In this document: in pieces, positions 28,860 to 38,950 of the stretch | Layout: each line of letters opens with the position of its first letter | Numbering within the stretch: position 1 is the stretch's first letter | DNA from: Acidiferrobacterales bacterium | GTDB taxonomy: Bacteria > Pseudomonadota > Gammaproteobacteria > Acidiferrobacterales > SPGG2 | Direction: 5' to 3' | DNA: 64,000 bases | NCBI GenBank assembly: GCA_046760105.1 | Contig: JBHIDJ010000007.1 | Location: 5,111 to 69,110, forward strand | Position numbers and translations under genes: made by a program | The notes under the pieces: model-generated | What the model saw: only the letters and a program-made list of their open reading frames with translations | Database searches by the model: none | What the model was told of the DNA's origin: nothing

Positions 28860-30176
28860 ATGCAGACACTAAAGCTACGGGTACTGAGTACCCGGTTACC
28901 CGAGTTTGAAGCCGACTTCCGAGGGTTACTCGATCGCGGTTGCGCGGATGGTGCACATGTGGAGGATACCGTGTGCACGATAGTGGTGGATGTACGTACG
29001 CGTGGCGATGCGGCGTTGATCGATTACACACAGCGCCTCGATAACCATCAGGTCACAACGGCGGCTGAGCTCGAGATCCCGCGCAGCCGTCTCGAGGAGG
29101 CCGCCGCGTCGCTTGCACACGCTCAACGCGCGGCGATGGAACGGGCGGCAAACAGGATACGAGAATACCATGAGCACCAGATCACCAGCTCGTGGCGCTA
29201 CTACGATAATGATGGCACACTGCTAGGGCAACAGGTTACGCCGCTGGCACGGATAGGAATGTATGTGCCAGGCGGCAAGGCAGCATATCCATCGTCTGTG
29301 TTGATGAACGCGATTCCGGCCAAGGTTGCGGGCGTTGCGGAGATTCTTATGGTTGTGCCTGCGCCGGGCGGTGAACTCAACGACATGGTGCTGGCAGCGG
29401 CGAGACTGGTTGGTGTCGACCGCGTCTTTACAGTGGGTGGTGCGCAAGCGATTGCGGCGTTAGCCTACGGCACGAAGACGATACCGCCTGTCGACAAGAT
29501 CGTTGGGCCAGGTAATGCCTATGTAACGGCTGCCAAGCGCATCGTTTTTGGGCAAGTGGACATTGACATGATCGCGGGGCCATCGGAGGTGGTCATTGTA
29601 TGTGATGGCCGGACCGATCCGGCGTGGGTGGCCATGGACTTGTTTGCGCAGGCCGAACACGACGAGGATGCGCAAGCCATACTCCTTAGTCTGAACGAGC
29701 CGTTTACACGGCACGTGCACGACACTATCGGGCAGCTGCTCAATGGTATGGAGCGGCGCGCGGTGATCCAGACATCGCTTGAACGACACGGTGCGTTGAT
29801 TAGCGTGCGCGACCTTGATGAAGCCATTGATCTAGTCAACCGGCTCGCACCTGAACATCTGCAGCTGTCAATTGAGGAACCGCTGTCCGTTGCCGAGCGC
29901 GTACGCCACGCTGGGGCCATCTTTATGGGACGCTACACAGCGGAAGTGTTCGGCGATTATTGTGCTGGGCCCAACCATGTGTTGCCAACCGCGGGTACAG
30001 CGCGTTTTAGTTCGCCTTTGGGGGTCTACGATTTCCAGAAACGTACGAGCCTCGTTATGTGCACCAAGAAAGGTGCAACGAGCCTTGCCAAGACCGCCTC
30101 CGTGTTGGCGCGCAGTGAAGGTTTGGCTGCGCACGCGCGATCGGCGGAATATAGGATCGAAGATAGTAGCAAGTAG
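28860..30176 (+). CDS. hisD: Histidinol dehydrogenase
   Basis: 438 aa. IAGPSEV...[10 protein letters not shown] and HisD-family C-terminal motifs. The TAG stop lies inside the repeat unit gtagcaag. Confidence 0.95.
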   Translation: MQTLKLRVLSTRLPEFEADFRGLLDRGCADGAHVEDTVCTIVVDVRTRGDAALIDYTQRLDNHQVTTAAELEIPRSRLEEAAASLAHAQRAAMERAANRIREYHEHQITSSWRYYDNDGTLLGQQVTPLARIGMYVPGGKAAYPSSVLMNAIPAKVAGVAEILMVVPAPGGELNDMVLAAARLVGVDRVFTVGGAQAIAALAYGTKTIPPVDKIVGPGNAYVTAAKRIVFGQVDIDMIAGPSEVVIVCDGRTDPAWVAMDLFAQAEHDEDAQAILLSLNEPFTRHVHDTIGQLLNGMERRAVIQTSLERHGALISVRDLDEAIDLVNRLAPEHLQLSIEEPLSVAERVRHAGAIFMGRYTAEVFGDYCAGPNHVLPTAGTARFSSPLGVYDFQKRTSLVMCTKKGATSLAKTASVLARSEGLAAHARSAEYRIEDSSK

Positions 30177-30240
30177 CAAGTGGCAAGTAGCAAGGTGAAA
30201 GATGCTTTTCTCTTGCTACTTCTAACTTGCTACTTCAAAC
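30164..30240. repeat. Heptad-periodic inverted repeat, compact copy between hisD and hisC
   Basis: Left arm is tagtagc aagtagc aagtggc aagtagc aagg. The loop is 16 nt. Right arm is cttgctacttctaacttgctacttcaaac. Hand alignment gives 23 of 29 complementary positions. Confidence 0.85.
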
Positions 30241-30247
30241 TCGTTTT

Positions 30248-31324
30248 ATGAGCATCAACGACAAAGTCGCCAGCCTCATCCGTCCCGAGGTTCTTGAGTT
30301 AAAGGCCTATGCGGTACCGGACTCGACCGGACTAATCAAGCTTGATGCTAATGAGAATCCCTTTCCGTGGCCGCCCGAGATAATTCAGGCGTGGCTCGAG
30401 GTGCTAAGTAATGTTCAGGTGAATAGGTACCCAGATCCTGATGCGCGCCGCCTGAAGGAACGCCTATGTCAAGCGATGGCGCTTCCCGCAGGCATGGATG
30501 TGTTGCTTGGTAACGGTTCCGACGAGTTGATCCAGATTGTCCTTATGGCACTGGCACGTCCGGGGAGTCAGGTACTGGCGCCGGCGCCAAGTTTCACCAT
30601 GTATGAGATCGTCGCGAAAAGTGTGGGAATGAAATTCATCAGCGTTCCGCTAACGGATAGTTTCGATCTAGATGTGCCCGCGGTTCGCACGATGATGAAA
30701 ATGCAGAGACCGGCTGTTACCTTTCTCGCGTATCCAAATGCGCCAACAGGAAACCTCTTTGCGGCCGACGATGTGGAAGCCATCATCCGAGAATCGGATG
30801 GACTAGTGGTAGTCGATGAGGCCTATTTTCCATTTACCGATGCGACTTTTATGCACCGCCTGGACCACTATGACAATCTGCTGGTGATGCGCACCGTATC
30901 TAAACTGGGGTTGGCCGGATTGCGGCTAGGACTGCTAGTTGGCAACCAAGCTTGGCTTGCAGAATTTAACAAGGTGAGATTGCCCTACAACGTCAACAGC
31001 CTCACGCAGGCGAGCGCCGAATTTGCGCTCGCCAATCACGAGTTTTTGGATCAGCAGGCGGTCTGGATTCGAGCAGAGCGCGGAAAGTTGTTTGCCGCGC
31101 TCAAGGAGATGTCTGCTATCCAGGTTTGGCCAAGCGAGGCCAACTTCATTCTCTTTCGAGTACAGAATGGAGACGCTACCCACGTATACGACGCGCTGCA
31201 AGCGGCTGGCGTGTTGGTCAAGAACCTCGATGAGTCCGGTGCTCTTAGGGGGTGCCTACGCGTAGCCGTGGGCACCGTCAAGGAAAACGAAGCATTTTTG
31301 GCTGCACTCAGGGCAGCGGTTTGA
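30248..31324 (+). CDS. hisC: Histidinol-phosphate aminotransferase
   Basis: ATG 30248 (MSINDKVASLIRPEVLELKAY...) was chosen. The sequence is class-II aminotransferase (LVMRTVSKLGLAGLRLG). The ORF-track TTG 30227 lies in the repeat arm. Confidence 0.9.
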   Translation: MSINDKVASLIRPEVLELKAYAVPDSTGLIKLDANENPFPWPPEIIQAWLEVLSNVQVNRYPDPDARRLKERLCQAMALPAGMDVLLGNGSDELIQIVLMALARPGSQVLAPAPSFTMYEIVAKSVGMKFISVPLTDSFDLDVPAVRTMMKMQRPAVTFLAYPNAPTGNLFAADDVEAIIRESDGLVVVDEAYFPFTDATFMHRLDHYDNLLVMRTVSKLGLAGLRLGLLVGNQAWLAEFNKVRLPYNVNSLTQASAEFALANHEFLDQQAVWIRAERGKLFAALKEMSAIQVWPSEANFILFRVQNGDATHVYDALQAAGVLVKNLDESGALRGCLRVAVGTVKENEAFLAALRAAV

Positions 31325-31387
31325 GGCGCGCCGGGCCCACTAGGTTGTGATACCATGCGCCTCCTTCGTTGATGAAACTTTCATGCC

Positions 31388-31981
31388 GTGGCTGAGCGGA
31401 TAGCCCACGTTTCGCGCACGACCAAGGAAACACAGATTAGTGTTGCGCTTAATCTAGATGGCGTAGGCACGTCTAAACTCGACGCCGGCTTGCCATTCCT
31501 TGAGCATATGCTCGATCAGGTGGCGCGCCACGGCTTGATCGACCTGACAATCAAGGCGAAGGGCGACCTCACGGTTGACGCACATCATACGGTGGAAGAT
31601 GTCGGTATAACCTTCGGTCAGGCTGTGACAAAGGCACTTGGTGACAAAAAGGGAATCCGTCGCTATGGCCATGCCTATATCCCTTTAGACGAGGCCTTGA
31701 GTCGGGTGGTCATAGATTTTTCCGGGCGACCGGGGCTCGAATATCGGGTCGACTTCCCGCGCGCGCGGATCTCCGACTTCGATGTGGATCTGATTCATGA
31801 GTTTTTTCACGGCTTCTGCAACCATGCCCTGGTGACCTTGCATATTGATAGCTTACAAGGCAAGAACTCCCATCACATCGCCGAGACTGTATTTAAGGCG
31901 TTTGGCCGCGCGCTCCGGATGGGCGTTGAGCGTGACTCACGAACGAAGGAAATCGTCCCCTCGACCAAAGGTAGTTTGTAA
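31388..31981 (+). CDS. hisB: Imidazoleglycerol-phosphate dehydratase
   Basis: 197 aa. [10 protein letters not shown]...[11 protein letters not shown]...GKNSHHIAE. Confidence 0.95.
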   Translation: MAERIAHVSRTTKETQISVALNLDGVGTSKLDAGLPFLEHMLDQVARHGLIDLTIKAKGDLTVDAHHTVEDVGITFGQAVTKALGDKKGIRRYGHAYIPLDEALSRVVIDFSGRPGLEYRVDFPRARISDFDVDLIHEFFHGFCNHALVTLHIDSLQGKNSHHIAETVFKAFGRALRMGVERDSRTKEIVPSTKGSL

Positions 31982-32067
31982 CAACGCTCCAACAGAATCC
32001 ATTTACTGGTGCGACCCGTTACGCCCGCACCGTCGACTGGCATCAGCATGATGATCTGACCACACGT

Positions 32068-32718
32068 ATGAAGAAGATAGCGGTTGTCGATTACGGCATG
32101 GGCAATTTACGCTCGGTGTGCAAAGCCATCGAGCATATCGTGCCGTCGGTCAGCGTAGACATTACCTCGGATCCGACCGCTGTGCGCAGGGCGGATAGTG
32201 TCGTGTTCCCGGGCCAAGGGGCCATTAGGGGTTGCGTGGCGGCACTCGACGCGCGTGACCTGCGTGAGGTTTTGCATGAAGCGATGCAGACCAAACCATT
32301 TCTCGGGATCTGCCTAGGTTTGCAGGCGCTGTATGAGTTCAGTGAGGAGGGTGGGGGAATAGCTGGTTTGAATGTCCTGCCCGGGCGTGTACGGCTATTC
32401 CCGCGGGAGTACATGTACGACGCCGCAACCGGCCAACCCTTAAAGGTACCGCATATGGGATGGAATAAAGTTAGCCAGGTCGCCGAGCATCCCGTGTGGG
32501 ATCGCATCACTCAGGACGAGCGCTTCTATTTTGTTCATAGCTATTACGTTGAGTCCGTTGATGACCGCTATGTCGTCGGCATGACCGAGTATGGGGTCCG
32601 GTTTACCTCCGCTGCCGCGCGCGCGAATGTGTTTGCTATCCAATGTCATCCGGAAAAGAGCCAGCAAGCGGGGCTGCGACTGCTGGAAAATTTTGTAAAT
32701 TGGGATGGGAGCTGGTAA
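32068..32718 (+). CDS. hisH: Imidazole glycerol phosphate synthase, glutaminase subunit
   Basis: 216 aa. VVDYGMGNLRSV, GICLGLQ, FVHSYY, QCHPEKS. Confidence 0.95.
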   Translation: MKKIAVVDYGMGNLRSVCKAIEHIVPSVSVDITSDPTAVRRADSVVFPGQGAIRGCVAALDARDLREVLHEAMQTKPFLGICLGLQALYEFSEEGGGIAGLNVLPGRVRLFPREYMYDAATGQPLKVPHMGWNKVSQVAEHPVWDRITQDERFYFVHSYYVESVDDRYVVGMTEYGVRFTSAAARANVFAIQCHPEKSQQAGLRLLENFVNWDGSW

Positions 32719-32765
32719 TTCGGTACAAAACAAAGTTGCCAAGATGATCTATTACGCATATCCAG

Positions 32766-33506
32766 ATGTCGTTTCTAGTTATACCGGCTATTGATCTGAA
32801 AGGCGGCAAATGCGTGCGCTTGCGCCAGGGCCGCATGGATAAGGAGACAGTATTCTCCGAGGATCCTGTGGCTACTGCCGCACGCTGGTTAGATGCAGGA
32901 GCTCGCCGCCTGCATGTCGTCGACTTGGACGGTGCGCACGCAGGCAGACCTGTTAATGCGGCAGTGATTGACGCCATCGCCGAGGCGGTTCCGGATCTGC
33001 CCGTTCAGGTCGGCGGCGGTGTGCGCGATGAGGATGTCGTGCAAACGTACTTGGACGTCGGCGTGAGCTACGTGATACTTGGCACTAACGCCGTAACCGT
33101 TCCGCATTTCGTTGCCGATATGTGCGCCGAATTTCCAGGTCACATCATCGTCGGTCTCGATGCCAAGGATGGTAGAGTGGCCGTCGACGGCTGGTCAAAG
33201 TTGTCGAAGCATGACGTGATCGACCTCGCTAAGCGCTTTCAAGACGACGGTGTCGCGGCAATCGTGTATACCGACATCGGTCGCGACGGGATGATGACGG
33301 GCGTAAATATAGAGGCTACCGTCAAGCTTGCCAAAGCGATTTCTATACCCGTTATCGCGTCCGGTGGAATCACGAACTTAGAAGACGTTCGGGCGCTCTG
33401 CGAGGTGGCCGATAACGGCATCATCGGTGCCATCACGGGGCGTGCGCTTTACGAGGGCTCGCTTGATCTTGCGGAAGCACAGAAACTGGCGGACGAACTC
33501 AGTTAA
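32766..33506 (+). CDS. hisA: ProFAR isomerase
   Basis: 246 aa. [17 protein letters not shown]...VQVGGGVR...ASGGI. Confidence 0.95.
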   Translation: MSFLVIPAIDLKGGKCVRLRQGRMDKETVFSEDPVATAARWLDAGARRLHVVDLDGAHAGRPVNAAVIDAIAEAVPDLPVQVGGGVRDEDVVQTYLDVGVSYVILGTNAVTVPHFVADMCAEFPGHIIVGLDAKDGRVAVDGWSKLSKHDVIDLAKRFQDDGVAAIVYTDIGRDGMMTGVNIEATVKLAKAISIPVIASGGITNLEDVRALCEVADNGIIGAITGRALYEGSLDLAEAQKLADELS

Positions 33507-33511
33507 ACTTC

Positions 33512-33601
33512 CAACGCGAAGACGCAAAGGGCTTTTGGACAGAAAAATCGCTTTTAGAAAAGATTAGAAAATTCTTTGCGTCTCAGCGTCTTTGCGTTGA
33601 G
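33512..33601. repeat. Octamer-periodic inverted repeat with AT-rich loop between hisA and hisF
   Basis: Left arm is caacgcga-agacgcaaag. Right arm is ctttgcgt-ctcagcgt-ctttgcgt-tgag. Outer units pair 9 of 10 and inner units 9 of 9, with one extra unit bulged. The 44-nt loop is AT-rich and holds tandem tagaaaa(g/t) repeats. Confidence 0.6.
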
Positions 33602-33622
33602 TATTTTATGTGTTGTAGTTCT

Positions 33623-34393
33623 ATGGGTCTGGCGAAACGAGTTATTCCATGTCTTGATGTGGACCACGGGCGGGTCGTGAAGGGTGTCCGCTTTGTGGAT
33701 ATCCGTGACGCAGGCGACCCGGTGACGGTCGCGCAACGCTATGATGAGGAGGGAGCAGATGAAATCACGTTTCTCGATATCACGGCGAGTTCCGATAATC
33801 GCGAGATCATGGCTCACGTGGTCGAGGATGTGGCGAGCCAGGTCTTTATCCCACTCACAGTCGGCGGCGGTATACGCGAACTAATGGATGTACGACGAAT
33901 GCTCAACGCCGGTGCCGACAAGGTGTCGATTAACACGGCGGCAGTTAACAATGCAGATTTCGTGAAGGCAATCGCCGATCATTTTGGCGAGCAATGTATC
34001 GTTGTTGCCATAGACGCCAAACAGGTAGATCATGGTGATCGACCGGGTTGGGAAGTCTATACCCACGGCGGACGTAAACCGACAGGTATAGACGTACTCG
34101 AATGGGCGCGAACAATGGCTGAGTATGGTGCTGGCGAGATCTTATTGACCAGCATGGACCGCGACGGCACGCGTCATGGGTTCGATCTCGCGCTGACCCG
34201 CGCAGTGAGTGATGCGGTCAGCGTTCCGGTGATCGCCTCAGGTGGCGTCGGAAACCTCGACCATTTGGTCGCTGGCATTATAGAAGGACATGCCGATGCA
34301 GTGCTGGCTGCAAGCGTCTTTCATTTCGGCGAGTACACAGTGTGCGATGCTAAACGACGCATGGCCGAATCCGGTATTGAAGTCAGGCTCTAG
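33623..34393 (+). CDS. hisF: Imidazole glycerol phosphate synthase, cyclase subunit
   Basis: ATG 33623 gives [13 protein letters not shown], the canonical HisF start. Also present: ...DEITFLDI...SGGVG. Confidence 0.95.
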   Translation: MGLAKRVIPCLDVDHGRVVKGVRFVDIRDAGDPVTVAQRYDEEGADEITFLDITASSDNREIMAHVVEDVASQVFIPLTVGGGIRELMDVRRMLNAGADKVSINTAAVNNADFVKAIADHFGEQCIVVAIDAKQVDHGDRPGWEVYTHGGRKPTGIDVLEWARTMAEYGAGEILLTSMDRDGTRHGFDLALTRAVSDAVSVPVIASGGVGNLDHLVAGIIEGHADAVLAASVFHFGEYTVCDAKRRMAESGIEVRL

Positions 34394-34474
34394 CGTAGCG
34401 CCGAGGCACATGGGTACTCTCGCCATTGCTGTCGGTACTTCGCTCGCTGGTTTTGGTATCGGCGGTGGAATACG

Positions 34475-34870
34475 ATGACCGAGCGGTTATTGGACGCTAT
34501 AAACTGGAATCACGAAGGGCTCGTTCCGGTGATCGCCCAGGAAAACGGCACTGGGCGTGTGCTGATGCTGGCATGGATGAATCGCGATGCCTTGGCGGCG
34601 ACCGTTCGTGAAAGGAAGGCTGTATACTGGTCCCGTTCGAGACGCAAACTGTGGCGCAAAGGCGAACAGTCGGGGCACGTACAGCTGGTGAAAGATATCC
34701 GAGTTGATTGTGACAACGACGTAATCCTATTAACGGTTGAGCAGACAGGGGGTATTGCCTGTCATACGGGGCGTCACAGTTGTTTTTTTCAACAACAGCA
34801 GGACGATCGATGGGTTACAGTGGAGCCGGTTTTGAAGAGTGAAGAAGAGATTTACGGTAAGAACGGATAA
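34475..34870 (+). CDS. hisI: Phosphoribosyl-AMP cyclohydrolase
   Basis: 131 aa. [25 protein letters not shown]...[18 protein letters not shown]...DCDND...CHTG. Confidence 0.9.
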   Translation: MTERLLDAINWNHEGLVPVIAQENGTGRVLMLAWMNRDALAATVRERKAVYWSRSRRKLWRKGEQSGHVQLVKDIRVDCDNDVILLTVEQTGGIACHTGRHSCFFQQQQDDRWVTVEPVLKSEEEIYGKNG

Positions 34871-34983
34871 TCCGAACGTTAGGGGGGTGACCGCAGGCAA
34901 GTGGGCTTGCGCCGTTTTCGCGGTCCCACGTGTCAGCGACGACGTTTTGGAAGCCTACCCGCCTCTATGGCAATGTTGGTAAC

Positions 34984-35313
34984 ATGGTCGAGATTCTGGA
35001 TAAACTGACTAAGGTGCTCGAAGCGCGCAAGCAAGCGGACGCCCAATCTTCGTATACCGCCGGTCTGTACGCTCAAGGACTAGATGCGATTCTCAAGAAA
35101 GTCGGTGAGGAAGCGACGGAAATGATTATCGCGGCCAAATCAGGTGATTCCACGCAGATTGTGCGCGAAACGGCAGACCTTTGGTTTCATACCATGGTAT
35201 TGTTGGTACATCAGGGACTCAAGCCCGACGAGGTTTTGCGAGAGCTTGAGCGTCGTTTCGGTGTTTCTGGCCTGGACGAGAAGGCGCGACGGGCGCGCCA
35301 AGTGGATGGCTAG
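34984..35313 (+). CDS. hisE: Phosphoribosyl-ATP pyrophosphatase
   Basis: ATG 34984 gives [16 protein letters not shown]...SYTAGL...KVGEEATE...ETADLWFH. The upstream in-frame extension from 34930 is unlikely to be coding. Confidence 0.85.
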   Translation: MVEILDKLTKVLEARKQADAQSSYTAGLYAQGLDAILKKVGEEATEMIIAAKSGDSTQIVRETADLWFHTMVLLVHQGLKPDEVLRELERRFGVSGLDEKARRARQVDG

Positions 35314-35433
35314 GCGCCTGTTCTGTAAGATAGTGGGCATCATAACTGGTCGCTGGCGAGAGCGCGTACATTTACTCATGCATGTAGTGGGTAATGGAGA
35401 TCTGCTCGGGAGCCGACCGAACGGAGGACGCAT

Positions 35434-35667
35434 ATGGGTGGTATTGGTATCTGGCAATTACTGATCGTTTTGCTCATCGTGGTTCTGATCTTCGGTGCTA
35501 AGAAGATCAGGAGCCTGGGGGGAGATGTTGGTGCCGCGATCAAGAACTTCAAGCATGCCGTAAAACAAGGCGATGAAGAGGAAGAACAGGAAGCAAAACA
35601 GGTTGAAAACAAGGCAGACACTGTCATCGAGGGAGAGGTCACTGCTAAGAAGAAGCAAAAGGCTTGA
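35434..35667 (+). CDS. tatA: Twin-arginine translocase subunit TatA
   Basis: 77 aa. [40 protein letters not shown] Shine-Dalgarno lies upstream. Confidence 0.9.
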   Translation: MGGIGIWQLLIVLLIVVLIFGAKKIRSLGGDVGAAIKNFKHAVKQGDEEEEQEAKQVENKADTVIEGEVTAKKKQKA

Positions 35668-35697
35668 GTAAACGCGCGCTGATACGGTCCGAAGGCC

Positions 35698-36135
35698 ATG
35701 TTCGATATTGGCATGGGAGAGCTGGCTCTGATCGGCCTGTTGGCGCTGATTGTGCTAGGGCCGAAGCGCTTGCCGGAGGTAGCGCGCACAGCTGGTCTGT
35801 GGGTGGGGCGTGTGCGCCGATTCGTGGCCAGCGTAAAGGAGGATTTTGACCGTGAGCTGCGAACCGAAGAGCTTACCGACCTGCGGAAACTGCAGCAGGA
35901 ACTGACCGAGACCCGCGAGCTGATACAGCGGTCATCGACCGAGACCCTTGAGGGTTTAGAGGGACGTCTTGACGCTGATCCCCTAGGCGACGTCGTCGAT
36001 AAGCAACCCAAGCGTAAGTCCCCGAGTCGCGCGCGTACCGCCAAGCGAAAGAAAGCTGCGGCGCGCACAACGCGGGCGAAGAAACCTGCTACCAGAAAGA
36101 AAGATGGCAGAGCAAGAAAACCACGATCCCGCTGA
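35698..36135 (+). CDS. tatB: Twin-arginine translocase subunit TatB
   Basis: 145 aa. MFDIGMGELALIGLLALIVLGPKRLPEVAR, followed by a charged tail. Confidence 0.85.
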   Translation: MFDIGMGELALIGLLALIVLGPKRLPEVARTAGLWVGRVRRFVASVKEDFDRELRTEELTDLRKLQQELTETRELIQRSSTETLEGLEGRLDADPLGDVVDKQPKRKSPSRARTAKRKKAAARTTRAKKPATRKKDGRARKPRSR

Positions 36136-36967
36136 GGGGACCTTTCTTTCGCATCTCGTAGAGCTGCGTAACCGTCTAATATACGCGGTTGCTGCGGTTC
36201 TTATTGTGTTTGTCGCCCTCGTTTATTTTGCGCAGGAGATTTACGTCATTGTTGCCACGCCGTTGATGGCGGCCTTGCCTGAGCAGGATAGCATGATTGC
36301 TACGGAACCGGCCGCACCATTTTTCATCCCGATCAAGCTGACGCTGGCTGTAGCCGTCGTCATTACGATCCCTTATTTGCTTTATCAGCTATGGGCATTT
36401 GTTGCGCCCGGTTTGTACCAAACCGAGCGCAAACTGGCCTTTCCGTTGCTAGTTTCTAGTACTGTGCTCTTTTACGCGGGCATGATATTCGCGTATTTCG
36501 TCGTGTTTCCGATCGCGTTTAGCTTCTTTACATCGTACGCCCCTGAAGGCGTACGGGTCATGACCGACATCCACGCCTACCTAAGCTTCGTGCTACGCAT
36601 GTTTTTTGCTTTTGGGTTTGCGTTCGAGGTGCCAATCGCGATTATTCTGCTCGCACGGGCTGGGATAGTCGACCCCGATGCACTAGCATCTAAACGCCCT
36701 TATGTGGTGCTTGGTGCGTTCGTGATCGCGATGCTGATCACACCTCCGGATGCGTTTTCACAGACATTTCTTGCCATACCGATGCTGTTGTTGTTTGAAG
36801 TGGGGATTTTTTTCGCGCGTCGCATGAGGCGGCCGGAAGATGATACCGTGGGTGATGCCGATATCACAGATGAAGAGATGGACGCCGAGATCGATCAATT
36901 CGACAGGGCACTTGCTGGTGGCGGAAAAACCGGGGGGAATAAAACCAGAGGCCGCCGGTCTAAGTAA
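36104..36967 (+). CDS. tatC: Twin-arginine translocase subunit TatC
   Basis: 287 aa. FLSHLVELRNRL plus six TM segments. It completes the order tatA-tatB-tatC. Confidence 0.9.
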   Translation: MAEQENHDPAEGTFLSHLVELRNRLIYAVAAVLIVFVALVYFAQEIYVIVATPLMAALPEQDSMIATEPAAPFFIPIKLTLAVAVVITIPYLLYQLWAFVAPGLYQTERKLAFPLLVSSTVLFYAGMIFAYFVVFPIAFSFFTSYAPEGVRVMTDIHAYLSFVLRMFFAFGFAFEVPIAIILLARAGIVDPDALASKRPYVVLGAFVIAMLITPPDAFSQTFLAIPMLLLFEVGIFFARRMRRPEDDTVGDADITDEEMDAEIDQFDRALAGGGKTGGNKTRGRRSK

Positions 36968-36969
36968 GC

Positions 36970-38161
36970 TTGAAACCCCTGGCCACGTTTTTACTTAGCT
37001 TCCTGCTCTTCGGTCTCTTTCCATTTCCTCTCGCGCACAATGCGTTCGCACTAGTTAATCAGCTAAGCGGGCACCCGTCACCCTACCTTGCCATGCACGC
37101 CGACGATCCGGTTGCGTAGCAAGACTGGAATGGCAAGGTAGTCGAACAAGCGCGCCGCAGGCGAAAGCTACTTTACCTCTCGATCGTACAATCCGAAATC
37201 TGCCATTTGATCCTGCGTGCAGCGGACGCGTTTGGGCGCGCCGATTACAAGATGATTGCGCGGCGCAGCCTGGACTTCATGGTGAAGGAGCTGCTGACTC
37301 CTGCGGGGGCATTTATGGCGTCGTTATCCGCCGTAGACGATGCACATATCGAAGGCGGTTACTACCTGTGGGATGAGAATCAACTGACGGCATTGCTGGG
37401 GTCGCGCGAGCGGCGTGTTTACCGGCTTGCTTGGGGAATGATCGAAGCTGCTCCGTTTGACAGTGGATACCTCCCGGTCAAAGCAATGGAACCGGCAGAG
37501 ATCGCAAAGGAAATGGAGCTCAGCACTAGTGAAGTTGAAAAGCTACTCGCAAGCGCCGTGCACAAGCTCTATGCGGCTCGTAGTCAACGGGGCTTGCCCA
37601 AAGACACCAAGCTGCTGGCCGGTTGGAACGGGCTGGCGCTGTCGGCATTCGCTTATGCTGCCCGTGTTACCGGCAATAGTGGCGATCGGCAGGTGGCGCG
37701 CGGCGTACGGGACTATTTGATGCAAGAGCTCTGGGATGACGGTTCACTCCATCGTGCCGTCTCGGGTGGCAGGGTCTTGGGCCGGGCGGCGGTGGAGGAC
37801 TACGCATATGTGGCGCAGGGTCTGCTTTCATGGGCCGAAGCGACGGGGCAGGAGCGCGATTTCATGTTTGCGCGCCGCGTAGCATTGGCGGCCTGGACGC
37901 GATTCTACCGGTCACGAGGGTGGCGGCTTGCCGAGGCAAGCCTGATTCAGGCGGAGGCGGCAGAGATCTGATTCTCGACGGCCCTATGCCGTTACCAGCG
38001 GGCGTATTGGCCCGCGTGTGCTTGCAGACAAGACCGGCGATTCGTCCCTTCGGGATAACGCGTTATCGGCCTTGAACTCGGGACACCGGCAACTTGCGGA
38101 GAACCCGTTGTGGAATGCCACCCATGTCGGTGCAATGATGGCCTCGTTCGACGCGCGTTGA
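36970..38161 (+). pseudogene. Degraded thioredoxin-domain/DUF255 (YyaL-like) gene
   Basis: The frame from TTG 36970 reads ...NQLSGHPSPYLAMHADDPVA*QDWNGKVVEQARRRRKLLYLSIVQSEICH, with an in-frame TAG at 37117-37119. The expected CxxC (STCHWCH) context is lost. The sequence then jumps to the C-terminal barrel part (...EGGYYLW...KDTKLLAGWNGLALSAF...VEDYAYVAQGLL). At least two frame changes follow 37960. Confidence 0.7.
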
Positions 38162-38350
38162 CCGGCGATCAGAGCGCAGGCGCTACCCGCTGGTGTACCG
38201 TGCGGCGTTATGTGTAATCTTTATGGTCCGCTCTCGCAATTCGGTAAAACCAAAGTCCCACAAATTCCTTAATCTCTGTTATATTACCGCCTGCCCAGGT
38301 TTGAGCAGAATTATTTCTAACAAGGGGCGAACTTGTCTGCGGGAGACTCC

Positions 38351-38950
38351 ATGAGTGGCGAACAAGTTGACGATACCAGACGGCGCTTGCTGGTGATAAC
38401 GACTGGTCTTGGCGTCGTCGGCACGGCGTTCGCTGCGGTCCCGTTTGTTGCGAGCATGATGCCCAGCGCGCGCGCGCGCGCGCTGGGGGCGCCGGTGGAA
38501 GTGGATATCAGTAAGCTCGAGCCTGGACAGCGGCTAGTAATAGAGTGGCGCGGCAAGCCTGTCTGGATCGTCAATCGTACCGAAGAGATGTTGGCCACCT
38601 TGCCAAAGCTCAATGAAAGTGTGGCAGACCCCGACTCCGAGGACAGTGAGCAGCCAAAATACGCACAAAACGAGGGGCGCTCCATCAAGCCGGAAACCCT
38701 TGTTCTGATAGGGATCTGCACCCACCTTGGATGTTCACCGCTGGCCAAGCTGAAGCCCGGTGCGGCCTCCGGTCTAGGCGGCGATTGGCTCGGCGGTTTC
38801 TTCTGTCCGTGCCATGGTTCGCTATTTGATCTCGCTGGACGTGTTTTCAAGAATGTGCCGGCGCCGACAAACCTGGTGGTCCCACCCTATTCCTATGTGA
38901 GCGATACCCGCATCGTCATCGGCGTCGATCAGAAGGAGAGCGTTGCCTGA
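38351..38950 (+). CDS. petA: Ubiquinol-cytochrome c reductase iron-sulfur (Rieske) subunit
   Basis: ATG 38351 follows a GGGAGA Shine-Dalgarno. Tat motif TRRRLL. Rieske boxes CTHLGC and CPCHGS. Confidence 0.9.
   Translation: MSGEQVDDTRRRLLVITTGLGVVGTAFAAVPFVASMMPSARARALGAPVEVDISKLEPGQRLVIEWRGKPVWIVNRTEEMLATLPKLNESVADPDSEDSEQPKYAQNEGRSIKPETLVLIGICTHLGCSPLAKLKPGAASGLGGDWLGGFFCPCHGSLFDLAGRVFKNVPAPTNLVVPPYSYVSDTRIVIGVDQKESVA

Noticed and set aside
34394-34474. Direct GGTACT-type repeats in the hisF-hisI spacer
   Set aside because: The repeats are short and imperfect, with no inverted partner or periodicity comparable to the heptad family. This is probably chance.
35331-35391. Two TAGTGGG words upstream of tatA that resemble the MraZ box
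   Set aside because: Only two copies are present, 54 bp apart rather than at 10-bp phasing. This is probably coincidence.
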